A stretch of 64,000 nt of DNA, taken from the NCBI GenBank assembly GCA_951406725.2, contig OX597842.1:7750001-7814000 (forward strand), read 5' to 3'. This document shows, in pieces, positions 38,858 to 54,340 of the stretch. The position numbers were made by a program, and so were the translations under genes. The notes under the pieces are model-generated. The model saw only the letters and a program-made list of their open reading frames with translations, did not search any database and was not told where the DNA came from. Origin of the DNA: Octopus vulgaris (taxonomy: Eukaryota). How positions within the stretch are numbered: position 1 is the first letter of the stretch; the number at the start of each line of letters is the position of its first letter.

Positions 38858-39325
38858 ATGGTGGTGGCGATGGTGGTGGTGGTGGTAGCAGTGGAGGTAG
38901 TGACGATGGCGGCGGTGGTGTTGGTGATGGGGCTGATTGTGGTGTCGGTGGTGTTAGTGGTGATGATGGTGGTGGTGATGGTGATGGTAGTGATGACGTT
39001 GGTGATGGTAGTGGTGGTGGTGATGGTAGTGATGTTGGTGGGGATGGTGGTGTTAATGTTGTGTTAATGTTATAGTGCTGGTTGTGGTGTTGGTGGTGCT
39101 AGTGGTGATGGTGGTGGCAATGGTGGTGGTGGTGGTGGTGGTGTTAGTGGCGATGGTGGTGGCAGTGGGGGTGGTGGTGGCAATGGTGGTGGTAGTGATG
39201 GTGGTTGTGGTGGTTGGTGGCGGTAGTGGTGATGGTGATGTTGGTGGTAGTGATGGTGGTTGTGGTTGTGGTGGTTGGTGGCGGTAGTGGTGATGGCGGT
39301 GGTGGTGGTAGTGATGGTGGTGGTT
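38858..39325. repeat. Degenerate (GGT/GAT)n trinucleotide region
   Basis: Directly visible; a similar (GTA/GGT)n region is at 62574-63160. Confidence 0.92.
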
Positions 39326-39666
39326 CACAAGATTCCTTTCATGCTGTTGATGAAGACTTTGCCTAGCAAATTATTTTATTTACTAAAAAGAAGTCAGAAA
39401 CAATGGTCCAGGAAATAAATGGAAAATGTTTTTATTTTTCATTCCCTTCAAGAATTTTTATCCCTAATAGTGGTTTGGACTTTAGCTGTTCTTTCTAGCG
39501 TGAAAGGAATCCTATTATGGATACCTCTTATGTGTTGAGATGTACAGTGTATTCATATGAATAATATATAGTCTATTGACTAATTTTTCTACACGCTAGG
39601 CCACAGGTAGTAAAAATTACTAAAATCTTTATTACCCTGACATTATTAATTATGTATATAATATAT

Positions 39667-40050
39667 ACTCTTTTACTTGTTTCAGTCATTTTGACTGAGG
39701 CCATGCTGGAGCACCGCCTTTAGTCGAGCAAATCGACCCTGGGACTTATTCTTTGTAAGCCCAGTACTTATTCTATCGGTCTCTTTTGCCGAACCGCTAA
39801 GTGACGGGGACGTAAACGGTTGTCAAGCAATGCTAGGGGGACAAACACACACACAAACACAAACACATATATATATACATATATACGACAGGCTTCTTTC
39901 AGTTTCCGTCTACCAAATCCACTCACAAGGCATTGGTCGGCCCGGGGCTATAGCAGAAGACACTTGCCCAAGATGCCACGCAGTGGGACTGAACCCGGAA
40001 CCATGTGGTTGTTTAGCAACCTACTTACCACACAGCCACTCCTGCGCCTA
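39667..40050 (-). mobile_element. SINE family A
   Basis: Reverse match to the reference copy. Confidence 0.85.
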
Positions 40051-40651
40051 TATACGTATAGTTAGAAATTTATATGGAAACTACATTATGTTTCCATATA
40101 AATTGGTAACAAAAGGGAATTTCCATATAAATTAGTAATAAAAAGGAATTAGTAAAAAAAAACTTTAATATCTGGAAGATAAGCTTGAGAAAGAAATTGA
40201 ATGATAGACATTTGTCTTAGAGTCTTTGGTTATGAAGAATCTTGGGAAAGAAATGCCATGGTTCCGTGAGAGATGCTACGTTTTGTGGTAAAGCGAAAGT
40301 GCCATATATAGAAGATGAGAAGGTGAAGAGCAAATGAAGGATCGTTAAGCCATGTGCTTCGTTTTCCAGCATGAAGGCCAGCTGATATGTGAAAGAGTGA
40401 AACATGGGATTGTTTGGGGGTGAAATGATGGAGAGAGAGAGAGAGAGAGAGATAACAGAAGAGATCACGAGATGATGTTGGTAAGTGACAATCGTGGCAG
40501 AAATAGTGATGCATATATGTTTGTATATGTATATGTACCTGTGTGTGTGTGTGTGTGTGTAAGTGCAGATGTAGATGTGTACATGAGTATACATATATAA
40601 ATACACATATTCAAATATATCTGTGTTTGTGTGCATATATATATATATATA

Positions 40652-40892
<241 letters not shown>

Positions 40893-41375
40893 GTATATAT
40901 CTGAAAGCCTATGAGATTTACTTAATACAGATTTTGAAGTGTAAAGGTGATGTTTTTAAAAAAATGTTATGAATTTTTTTCTGAGGGTCTTACTAACCGC
41001 TTTTTTTAGAAGGAATTTTTTTCTAGTGCGTGTGCACTTTCGTTAAACCCATCATCATCACCATCATCATCATCATCATTTACCATCTGCCTTCTACGAT
41101 GGCATGGGTGGGACAGTTTGACAGGAACCGGCCAGGCAGAAGCCTGCACCAAACTTCTGTGATTGCTTTATCAAGATATTTACAGCTGGATGGTCTTCCA
41201 AACACCAACCATCCAGAAATATATACATACATGTACATAAACATACACACACACACACATATATATAGAGAGAAAGAGACTCATTGAGTCAGTTTTCTGA
41301 TTTCTCTATTCCTCCCTGTACGGAACACTGGTCTATCACAAGATTACTCATTTTTGCCGGCTGAGTGGACTGGAG

Positions 41376-41439
<64 letters not shown>

Positions 41440-41611
41440 ATATAAACATGCATATATATATATTTATGTGAATATAAATATATATCTATGAATTTACACA
41501 CACATATATATTTATACATATACATATACATATATATACATATGTGACCTCGTCTGTATCACTAGTGATTTTTTTTCCCCTGTCTTCCCTTCTTGGGATC
41601 TTTCCTTCTAT

Positions 41612-41646
41612 GTTTCCGATGAAGAGCTCCGCTCGAAACGTCAAAC
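41612..41646 (+). ncRNA. Hammerhead-like variant motif (CCGATGA + extra A)
   Basis: gttt CCGATGA a gagc-tcc-gctc GAAA cg TC aaac. A second copy is on the minus strand at 60252-60286. Confidence 0.55.
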
Positions 41647-41744
41647 CCTCCTTCTTCCCTTCTTTCCTGAGCATCCAATAATACTTTATTTGTTCCACGT
41701 CCTTGCGTTGTTGTTTTTTTGTTTTTGTTTTCTTGTTTGGATTA

Positions 41745-41785
<41 letters not shown>

Positions 41786-42054
41786 ACATACACACACACA
41801 CATATATACATATATATACACATAAGGATACACATCTTCGAAGAACAGAAGGGTATGAGTGGAGCAAGAACACGCATGAAAATGAAAAGTATCGCTGAAG
41901 CGGTCAAAGATATGTAACAAAAGATTTCCGCACAATGGACATGAGTCAAAATAATAAATTAAGAATAGTAATATGTGAGAGAAGAAAAAAGATATATAGT
42001 GCATGTGTTTATTTGGCAAAAAAAGAAAAAAAATGACCATCCCAAAATACAACA

Positions 42055-42099
<45 letters not shown>

Positions 42100-42465
42100 C
42101 ATTACAGATATAGGGTAAAGAATTATTAATTTAATAATTAATAAATTTTACCAAGTAGTTTCAGTATGGAAAGAGAACCATTATCGGTAGAAACTTTTAC
42201 ATATAATTAAATATAATTAAGGGTTAAGCAACAAGTTGCTTCACCACATACCGAAAATTTAGAAATAGCAGCTAAAGTAGTAAAAAGGAATGAGATGTCT
42301 GGCTGCTATTTCTAAATTTTCAGTATGTTGTGAAGCAACTTGTTGCTTAACCCTTAATTATATATATCTATATATATGCTTTATTTAAAAGCAGCAGAAA
42401 TATCACAAAAACTGTTACTCAGAGTTTCATGTTCCTGTTCGTCCGACAATTTTATTAACAAAATT

Positions 42466-42500
42466 GTCCAACGAACGGGAACTTGAAACTCCGAGTAACA
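42466..42500 (+). ncRNA. Hammerhead-like motif in palindromic module (mirror copy 42413-42448, minus)
   Basis: tgt CCAACGA acgggaactt GAAA ctc-c-gag TA aca. Both arms are mutated in the core. Confidence 0.45.
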
Positions 42501-42586
42501 GCTTTTGTTATATTTCTGCTGCTTTTAAATAAAGCATATTACTCTACTTCTGGTATTTGAGTACTCTTTTTTCCACCTTGTTTCAC

Positions 42587-42621
<35 letters not shown>

Positions 42622-43518
42622 TTATTTGAGGGAATATAAATCCAAACTTACAGGGGAAAAAATTCAATTTAGAAATACTAAATCAAATTTCATACAATAT
42701 AATATATATATATAAAAATTAGAAAAAAACCCACCTTTTATCAATTCAAAATGAACAATTAAATTACACCATCTAGAAAATTACATAATAGAAGTATTAA
42801 AATTAAAATAACAATAAAATATCAATGATTAAATAAATTGCAAAAAAAATAATAAAAACGTATATAATTTTACTACTTCTATTATATGTAATTTTCTAGA
42901 TGGTGTAATTTAATTGTTCATTTTGAATTGATAAAAGGTGTTTTTTTTCTATAGATATATATATATATATAGTCAATTTGAGGATGTCAGGTCATCATTA
43001 GGGATTAAATAATCCAAAAATTTCACTGGTTAATCACTATCATATAACAAGAAATAGTAATATTGATAATGATGAAATAAAAAAATGGAGAATTATGGAT
43101 GTATAAATAATTTATTTTTATTATATAACGAGGCTGAAAGCTTTTTATAAAAACGATACAAATATATTATGAATTATAAAGCTCTAAAAGAAATGGCAGA
43201 TGCATTCACACACATACATGTGCATGCACACACACATTTAAATCTATGGACATGTAGGGAGATGCATGGCTCAGTGTTTAGGGTGTTGGACTTGTGATAA
43301 TAAGATTGTGGTTTCAAATACTCGCCCAAGCGAAGCATTTTGTTCTTGAGCGAAACACTTCATGTTGCTCCAGTCCAATCAGCTGGGGAAAATAAGTCAT
43401 CCGTGATGGGCCAGTGTCCCTTCCGGAGAAGGATACAGAGGAACCAGAAAAACCAGGAAACTGGCCCTATGAGTCTATATGACTCAGGAAGGGCCTTTAT
43501 TCTTTTTTGTATGTATAT

Positions 43519-45306
<1,788 letters not shown>

Positions 45307-45318
45307 CCATATATATGC

Positions 45319-45353
<35 letters not shown>

Positions 45354-46197
45354 TCCTCCACCACTGTTTGACAACCAGTGTTGGTTTGGTTACGTTCTTG
45401 TAGCTTAGCCATTTGGCAAGGGACTGATAAAAGAAGTACCAGGTTTAAAACAAAAATATACTGGTGGTTGGGGGAGGGGTGGTATTTTTTATGATTAAAC
45501 AATCTTCAGGGTGGTGCCCCAGCATGGTCGCAGTAAAATAGCTGAAACAAGTAAATGATAAACGACAAGAGATGGGGAATGGATGAAGGGGTGGTGGTGG
45601 CATCTAATGAATGATGAACAATGTTTGTGGAAATAAGCAGGGAAGGGGGAGTGTAGGTGACAACTGTAGAAATCTGGTAAGTTGAAGGGTGGAAAAGGTG
45701 TGAGGATGGCTTCAGATACATATGAATTCAAAGAGAAGCAGGGGAGAGTAGGTGATGACTGACAGTGCGGAAAACGGGTAGGGGATAAAGAACAGTAGAA
45801 TAACAATAAGAATACAGTAGACAGGGGAAAGATGAGATATATACATTATCTAAATATAGATATAGAGCCTAGAATATTTTCCCTTGTTGTGCATTTTGTT
45901 AGTATGTAATGGCAATGTTCCATATTATGTTTCTTTTATCAATATTAATGTCTTTATTAATAAATTAGTGCCATCAGACATAATTTTGGAAATTCCCATC
46001 AGTAGACACTCAACCAAATTTGCCACATTGAAACCAGAAATAGCAAATTTCACTAATTTTCTAGACTGTAAGCTCTTATTTTCTCCTTTTATGGAATGTG
46101 GGGCATTGCTGTCTAAAAATATTAATTTTTTGGAATGGAAGAAGCTGGATGGTTGCTGGTAACAATTTCTCTGGAGGGAAGACACTTTTGAATTTTA

Positions 46198-46763
46198 CTG
46201 GGTTGTCTGGAAAGTTCATGCCGATTTTTAAAGGAAAGAAAAAGGTCAATAATTACTTGCCATTACATTTTTAATCAACTAAATACGAACCATTTTGTTG
46301 CACAATGCGTCTCCATCTTTCCTTTAACTTGAAAATACCCCCTTCCCAGAATTCAGGTGGTTTCATGGCAAAGAATTCATCAAGGTATCTTTTTACGTCA
46401 TCCAAGGAATTGAAATTTTTACCATTAAGACTATTCTGCAGAGACCTGAATAAGTGGAAATCCAAAGGAGCAATATCTAGTGAATATGGAAGGTGGGGTA
46501 ATACATCCCAGCCAAGCTGCAGCAATTTTTGTCTGGTTCCCAAAGCATCAAGTGCCCAAAATGAACTTTCTTATCTTTCATTTTAAAGGGTTACAGAATT
46601 AACACAGGTTATAGGAACATAAACCTTCTTCCACGAAAAGATAGCTTAAACTGTGTTCTAAATGGAGGTGTAGTCAAATCCTATTTTATGCACTCAACCA
46701 TGTTCTAAAATAAGTCGAAAGGTAAGCTACTGCAAATCGGCACAAACTTTCCGGACAACCCAA
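46198..46763 (-). mobile_element. Non-autonomous mariner deletion derivative, copy 4
   Basis: Same TIRs and TA; ORF 46271..46543 carries the same transposase C-terminus. Confidence 0.93.
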
Positions 46764-46982
46764 TAATAATTTACAGGTAGAAAATTCTGGAAGGGCTTGT
46801 ACCTAATTTCAGTGAACAAGTATGGCTGTGTGGATAGGCACTGATATGGCTGTATGGTAAGGAATTTGCTTCCCAGCCACATAGTTCTGGGGTCCGTCTC
46901 ACTGCACAGTACTAACCTTGGGGGCACATGTCTTCTACTATAGTCTTGGGGTGACCAAAACTGTATGGTCATACATATATAC

Positions 46983-47023
<41 letters not shown>

Positions 47024-47024
47024 G

Positions 47025-47175
<151 letters not shown>

Positions 47176-47180
47176 GTATG

Positions 47181-47213
<33 letters not shown>

Positions 47214-47241
47214 GAGTGTGTGTGTGTGTGTGTGTGTGTGT

Positions 47242-47515
47242 GGAGGCGCAATGGCCCAGTGGTTAGGGCAGTGGACTCGCAGTCGTAGGATCGCGGTTTC
47301 GATTCCCAGACCAGGCGTTGTGTGTGTTTATTGAGCAAAAACTCTTAAAAGCTCCACGAAGCTCCGGCAGGGGGTGGCGATCCACTCTTTCTCTCACTCT
47401 TCTGTTGGCCTGCTCGCTTAGCCAGCAGGGTGGCATCGTTCGAAGGCTAAAACAATGTGAATGCATTGTGACCAGCAATGTGTAGCAACATCTGATGGTC
47501 TGGTCGGTCACGTGA
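47242..47515 (+). mobile_element. tRNA-derived SINE family C
   Basis: GGAGGCGCAATGGCCCAGTGGTTAGGGCAG...GGTTTCGATTCCC head. Other copies at 34076-34268, 51063-51582 and 58252-58419 (minus). Confidence 0.82.
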
Positions 47516-47554
47516 TATATATGTATATATATATGTATGTATCTTTTATTGTTT

Positions 47555-48835
47555 ATCTTTTATTTGTTTCAGTCATTTGACTGCAGTCATGCTGGAGCAC
47601 CACCTTGAGTCCACCCCAGTACTTATTTTTTAAACCTTGTACATATTCTATCAGTCTCTTTTACTGAATGGCTAAGTTATGGGGACATAAACACACCAAC
47701 ATCAGTTGTCAAGCAATGCTGTGGGGACAAACACAGACACACAAACACACACACAGACACACACATATATATACATATATATATATGTATATATATATGT
47801 ATGTATATATATATGAATATATATATATATATATATATATAAGAATGAATGTTTTTATATATAATGAACGTGAAATACAGGAAGGGACGAACACGGAACA
47901 CAGACAAATCATTCGAAGCCTTCAATCTTCAGTCAGACACCGAATCATCATAGCAAATTTCGGCTGTTCAATTCTGATATTTGCTCCAACTCGGCCAGCC
48001 CCAAGAAAAAAAACTAAGCTGTAAGCATTAGATTTCTTGGTAGAAGACAGGAATGTGAACGCACAAGACGGATGTGAATACAAGAGACGAAAACGAAATT
48101 GAAAACAGTAATGAATAAACAAAATATATAGAACGGTGGTTGTCATACGACTTTAGACCAAATGAGACAAAAACACAACAACAACATAGCTGGCGTAGAA
48201 ATAATTACCGTTTCGGTAGCGGGGACACATGTTGGTCGAGATACGAAGGCCAACAGAATGGTTTAAGAAGCAGCAGGTCGCAGGAGGAGAGAAAGAGAGA
48301 CAGAGAGAGAGGGAATCAAAGAGGGTGGAAGGCAGGGGACAGAATCAGTGACCAAGAGAGAAGGAGAAAGAAGGGATTAAGGAGGATGGGAGGAAGAGGG
48401 GAGGAGGATGGGAGGAAGAATCGGAGGGCGCCAAAAAGTTTGGTGAAGAAGCAATGGCGGGTAGTAAAAGACAGTGTGTATAGAAGTCGTGCAGGGTTTA
48501 AAATTGGACAAACAAACGGGGGGGGGGGTACGTAACGCCGCAATAATATAAGAATGAATGTTTTTATATATAATGAACGTGAAATACAGGAAGGGACGAA
48601 CACGGAACACAGACAAATCATTCGAAGCCTTCAATCTTCAGTCAGACACCGATATACACATACACATATACGGCAGGCTTCTTTCAGTTTCCGTCTACCA
48701 AATCTATTCACAAGGCTTTGGTTGGTCCGAAGCTATAGTAGAAGACACTTGCCCAAGGTGCCACACAGTGTGACTGAACCCAGAACCATGTGGTTAGTAA
48801 GCAAGTTACTTACCACACAGCCACTCCTGCGCCTA
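47555..48835 (-). mobile_element. SINE family A split by the 47840-48652 element
   Basis: Tail at 47555-47765, head at 48670-48835. Confidence 0.72.
47840..48652. mobile_element. ~810-bp non-coding element bounded by identical 104-bp direct repeats
   Basis: 47840-47943 equals 48549-48652. It is inserted in the internal (TA)n of a family A SINE. Diverged reverse-strand relatives are at ~9410-9640 and ~17010-17190. Confidence 0.6.
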
Positions 48836-49859
48836 TAAAAGAGAAAGAAATTCCTTTAGAGTAATCCCCATTTAGTTAACACTAAAGTGCCACTTGCATC
48901 AGTCTGTACTATGACGAAGATACCTACCAACAACTCCCAGCTCCGCCAAATGGCGTCATTGCATCAACAGGAGGCAGCTGATAGGTTTGATACGATTCCT
49001 CAAATCATTAATCTCTACGCTCAGTCTGGGGACTTTGTCCCCAGTGATAATGAGATAGGTTCATCTCCGTTTGTGACCCGGAAGCAAGTCTTAAAGGAAC
49101 TATTAAAAATGTTCTCATAAGTAGTGGGCTTACAAAGAATAAATCCTGGGGTCGATTTGTTCGACAAAAGGCGGTGCTCCAGCATGGTCGCAGTCAAGTG
49201 ACTGAAACAAGTAAAAGAGTATATGTGTGTCTTTGTGTCTGTGCTTGTGTCCCCACATACTGCTCGACAACTGGTGTTGACATGTTTATGTTCCCATTAC
49301 TTAATGGCACACCAAAAGAGATTGATAGAGTAAGGCTTTAAAAAAAAGTCCTGGAGCTGTTTCATTTGACTAAAAGTTCTCCAAGGCAGTGCCCCAGCAT
49401 GGCCACAGTTTAATGACTAAAACAAATAGAAGAAAGATGAAAATGTCTTTACTGGTTGCCATTGTGTAGTACTAAAGTTATCATCTGCTCTGTCCAAAGG
49501 ATGTGTTATAACATTATTCCACATATACAAAAACAGCCATACCAACAATCCAGCATACCTCCATCATCAGCTGCCTCACGGATATCATTATGGTTTCGAC
49601 ACCTGGGCAGGACTATTCAATCCAGCAGTGTCAACAGCACTAAAAGAAGTGCTGTTGGGGAACAAACATACAAAAGAAACCACAACTTCCAAACCCATTT
49701 ACACTGTATACAACAGTATCTGTAAACAAACTAATAAGTAAATCAATAACCAATACCTAAATATGTAATTAAACAGTGACCAAATCTTTAAGTCATTTAT
49801 TTCCTTCGGTCTTCCATCGTATAATAAAAGTGAGAGCTTAATAACCAAAGTGAGTACCA

Positions 49860-50106
49860 TGTATTGCAATGGCTTGGGATCCAAAGGCCCACAGCTTTTC
49901 TTTTCAATGCTTTGTCAAAAGAATTAAGAAACCTACATAACGTGGTGCAGGAGTGGCTGTGTGGTAAGTAGCTTGCTTACCAACCACATGGTTCTGGGTG
50001 AAGTCACACTGTGTGGCACCTTGGGCAAGTGTTTTCTACTATAGTCTCAGGCCAACCAAACCCTTGTGAGTGGATTTGGTAGACGGAAATTGAAAGAAGC
50101 CTGTCG

Positions 50107-50137
<31 letters not shown>

Positions 50138-50445
50138 ATGTGTTTGTGTGTATGTGTTTGTGTGTATGTGTTTGTCTCCCTAGCATTGCTTGACAACCGA
50201 TGCTGGTGTGTTTATGTCCCCGTCACTAAGTGGTTCGGTAAAAGAGAACCGATAGAATAAGTACTAGGCTTACAAAAAATAAGTCCTTGGGTCGATTTGC
50301 TCGACTAAAGGTGGTGCTCCAGCATGGCCGCAGTCAAATGACTGAAACAAGTAAAAGAGTAAAAGAGTAAAGAGTAATGTGGATGTGAATGCCTTCAAAA
50401 AAAAACTTGACAGTCTTCTATCCCTCATAACAAGTGAACCAATGC
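49860..50445 (+). mobile_element. Old CR1/L2-like LINE 3' fragment split by a SINE
   Basis: KGPQLF..N.L.KELRNLHNV [SINE] DVNAFKKKLDSLLS. The SINE is flanked by a taa(c/t)gtgg duplication. Confidence 0.55.
49946..50376 (+). mobile_element. SINE family A, full length
   Basis: Match to the reference copy, with a target duplication inside the LINE fragment. Confidence 0.85.
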
Positions 50446-50633
50446 CCTGGCATGAAGTAGAGTGAGGGTAGCCATGTCAGAATCCCTTATACACCAAATG
50501 GGCTGATAAGCAGGAAAAAAAGCAGGTGCAAGATTGGTGATATGAAATCCCATCACCCAGAAGAAATCAACAAAATATAATTTGTTATGAGAAATAACTC
50601 AACTTTTAGATTCACAACTCTCCTATTCTATAC

Positions 50634-51050
50634 CTATTTCTTTATTACCCACAAGGGGTTAAACACAGAGGGGACAAACAAGGACAGACACATGGATTAA
50701 GTCGATTACATCGACCCCAGTGTGTAACTGGTACTTAATTCATCAACCCTGAAAGGATGAAAGGCAAAGTCGACCTCAGCAGAATTTGAACTCAGAACAT
50801 AACAGCAGACGAAATACCTATTTCTTTACTACCCATAAGGGGCTAAACACATAGGGGACAAACAAGGACAGACACACGGATTAAGTCGATTACATCGACC
50901 CCAGTGCGTAACTGGTACTTATTTAATCGACCCTGAAAGGATGAAAGGCAAAGTCAACCTTGGCGGAATTTGAACTCAGAATGTAGCAACAGACAAAATA
51001 CCGCCAAGCATTTCGCCCGGCGTGCTAACGACTCTGCCAGCTTGCCGCCT
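50634..51050 (-). mobile_element. SINE family B tandem dimer
   Basis: Full copy at ~50818-51050 plus a headless copy at 50634-50817. Confidence 0.8.
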
Positions 51051-51062
51051 TAATTCTATATC

Positions 51063-51582
51063 ACCGTGATCACCGTGACCGACCAGGCCATCAGATGTTG
51101 TTACACATCGCTGGTCACAATGCGCTTCGCATTGTTTTAGCCTTCAAATGATGCCACCCCGCTGGCTAAGCGAGCAGGACAACAGAAGAAAGAGTGAGAG
51201 AAAGAGTGGTGAAAGAGTACAGCAGGGGTCACCACCATCCCCTGCCGGAGCATCGTGGATGCTTTAGGTGTTTTTGCTCAATAAACACTCACAACGCCCG
51301 GTCTGGGAATCGAAACCGCGATCCTATGACCGCGAGTCTGCTGCCCTAACCACTAGGCCATTGCCACCCCGCTGGCTAAGCGAGCAGGACAACAGAAGAA
51401 AGAGTGAGAGAAAGAGTGGTGAAAGAGTACAGCAGGGGTCACCACCATCCCCTGCCGGAGCATCGTGGATGCTTTAGGTGTTTTTGCTCAATAAACACTC
51501 ACAACGCCCGGTCTGGGAATTGAAACCGCGATCCTATGACTGCGAGTCTGCTGCCCTAACCACTAGGCCATTGCGCCTCCAC
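51063..51582 (-). mobile_element. SINE family C with 210-bp internal tandem duplication
   Basis: 51152-51361 is repeated at 51362-51571 with two C>T differences at CpGs. Confidence 0.82.
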
Positions 51583-52194
51583 TATATATAATTCTATATC
51601 AGTCTTCATAAATCTCTCCCTCTCAATATATTTACCCAACTTTTTACCAGTCTCTCTCTACATATATGTATTATCTCTCATGCATTGCCTCCATTTTGTT
51701 TTAAACTTTGTCTTCTAATGTTTATTTTAATTTTATCACAGCTATTATGCGCAAATCCTATTTTCGGATTGAGTAAAAATGATCAAACGTTAAATCACTG
51801 TAAGATTTTTATAAAATCTTTCTGAAATAAATGAATTACAAACTTGGATTCGGCTTGAAAATGTATATCAATAAATGAAATTTGAAATGAAATCTTAAGA
51901 GCCAGGATAAGAGGAAGAGGAAAGAATGTCTCCAGCATAAGATGAAAGGAAAAGGGGGGGGGGGGAGAGAAAAAGCAGAGAGAGAAGAGCAGAAGATAGG
52001 ATTACAGTCAGAATTGCAGATGTTACGGATGATCAAAATAACCTTAAGCAGACAAAGCAATTGAGAATGTCAACTATCCAGACAAGGAGACAGGAAGAGG
52101 TAAGCAGTGGGACTGAACCCAAAACCATCTGGTTGGGAAGCAAACTTCTTACCACACAGCCATACCTGCACCTATGTGTGTATGTATATATACA

Positions 52195-52218
52195 TATATA
52201 TGTATGTATGTATGTATG

Positions 52219-52252
<34 letters not shown>

Positions 52253-53362
52253 TGTATGTATGTATGTATGTATGTATGTATGTATGTATGTATGTATGTA
52301 TGTATGTATGTATGTATGTATGTATGTATGTATGTATGTATGTATGTATGTATGTATGTATGTATGTATGTATGTATGTATGTATGTATGTATGTATGTA
52401 TGTATGTATGTATGTATGTATGTATGTATGTATGTATGTATGTATGTATGTATGTATGTATGTATGTATGTATGTATGTATGTATGTATGTATGCATGTA
52501 TGTATGTATGTATGTATGTATGTATGTATGTATGTATGTATGTATGTATGTATGTATGTATGTATGTATGTATGTATGTATGTATGTATGTATGTATGTA
52601 TGTATGTATGTATGTATGTATGTATGTATGTATGTATGTATGTATGTATGTATGTATGTATGTATGTATGTATGTATGTATGTATGTATGTATGTATGTA
52701 TGTATGTATGTATGTATGTATGTATGTATGTATGTATGTATGTATGTATGTATGTATGTATGTATGTATGTATGTATGTATGTATGTATGTATGTATGTA
52801 TGTATGTATGTATGTATGTATGTATGTATGTATGTATGTATGTATGTATGTATGTATGTATGTATGTATGTATGTATGTATGTATGTATGTATGTATGTA
52901 TGTATGTATGTATGTATGTATGTATGTATGTATGTATGTATGTATGTATGTATGTATGTATGTATGTATGTATGTATGTATGTATGTATGTATGTATGTA
53001 TGTATGTATGTATGTATGTATGTATGTATGTATGTATGTATGTATGTATGTATGTATGTATGTATGTATGTATGTATGTATGTATGTATGTATGTATGTA
53101 TGTATGTATGTATGTATGTATGTATGTATGTATGTATGTATGTATGTATGTATGTATGTATGTATGTATGTATGTATGTATGTATGTATGTATGTATGTA
53201 TGTATGTATGTATGTATGTATGTATGTATGTATGTATGTATGTATGTATGTATGCATGTATGTATGTATGTATGTATGTATGTATGTATGTATGTATGTA
53301 TGTATGTATGTATGTATGTATGTATGTATGTATGTATGTATGTATGTATGTATGTATGTATG

Positions 53363-53396
<34 letters not shown>

Positions 53397-53730
53397 TGTA
53401 TGTATGTATGTATGTATGTATGTATGTATGTATGTATGTATGTATGTATGTATGTATGTATGTATGTATGTATGTATGTATGTATGTATGTATGTATGTA
53501 TGTATGTATGTATGTATGTATGTATGTATGTATGTATGTATGTATGTATGTATGTATGTATGTATGTATGTATGTATGTATGTATGTATGTATGTATGTA
53601 TGTATGTATGTATGTATGCATGTATGTATGTATGTATGCATGTATGTATGTATGTATGTATGTATGTATGTATGTATGCATGTATGTATGTATGCATGTA
53701 TGTATGTATGCATGTATGCATGTATGCATG

Positions 53731-53764
<34 letters not shown>

Positions 53765-53826
53765 TGTATATATGTATGTATGCATGTATGTATGTATGTA
53801 TGTATGTATGTATGTATGTATGCATG

Positions 53827-53858
<32 letters not shown>

Positions 53859-53897
53859 CATGTATTTATGTATGCATGTATATATGTATGTATGTAT
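52195..53897. repeat. (TATG)n tetranucleotide array, ~1.7 kb
   Basis: Directly visible. Confidence 0.98.
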
Positions 53898-54047
53898 TTG
53901 TGTGTGTGTGTGTGTTTGCCCCTCACCATTGCTTGACAACCGATGTTGGTATGTTCATGTCCCCATAAGTTAACAGTTCAGCCTAAGAGACCGATAGAAT
54001 AAGTACTAGGCTTACAAAGAAAAAAATTTATCTTATATATATATATA

Positions 54048-54340
54048 TGCCGATGCCAGCACCGCCCCGACTGGCTTCTGTGCAGGTGGCACATAAAAAG
54101 CACCAACCGACCGTGGCCGATGCCAGACCCCTCTGGCACCTGTGCAGGTGGCACGTAAAAAGCACCCACTACACTCGCGGAGTGGTTGGCGTTAGGAATG
54201 GCATCCAGCTGTAGAAACACTGCCAGACCAGACTGGAGCCTGGGGCAGCCCCTGGCTCCCCAGACCCCGGTCGAAACCGTCCAACCCGTGCTAGCGCGGA
54301 AAACGGACGTTAAACGATGATGATGATGATGATGATGATT
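54048..54340 (+). mobile_element. Retroposon family D
   Basis: CpG-rich copy ending cgttaaac(gat)n. Confidence 0.78.

Larger units (their letters stand above)
41540..43200. mobile_element. Chain of short (TA)n-separated modules, several palindromic, Penelope-LTR-like
   Basis: Modules at ~41543-41748, 41822-42056, 42100-42360 (partial inverted), 42374-42590 (palindrome), 42620-42950 (inverted arms) and 42970-43200. Relatives occur at 19486, 20850, 55360 and 60140. Confidence 0.55.

Noticed and set aside
38771-39328. Val-rich / Thr-rich ORFs resembling membrane or mucin proteins (also 62437-63127)
   Set aside because: They are translations of degenerate GGT/GTA trinucleotide repeats, with no supporting splice structure.
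45884-46185. Non-repetitive ORFs 45884..46162 and 45925..46185
   Set aside because: No recognisable domain. It may be decayed retroelement sequence, but I cannot support a call without a search.
47242-47315. tRNA-like sequences with A and B boxes (also 10288, 34985, 36325 and others)
   Set aside because: They are SINE heads: no clean acceptor stem, and each continues into a repeated SINE body.
48887-49725. ORFs 48887..49120 and 49456..49725 in unique-looking DNA
   Set aside because: They are short, with no recognisable homology or convincing splice sites.
52033-53973. 560-635 aa ORFs (MYVC / HTYI repeats) and the many IYIY/HTHT/YLSI ORFs throughout
   Set aside because: They are stop-free translations of microsatellites with no coding signal.
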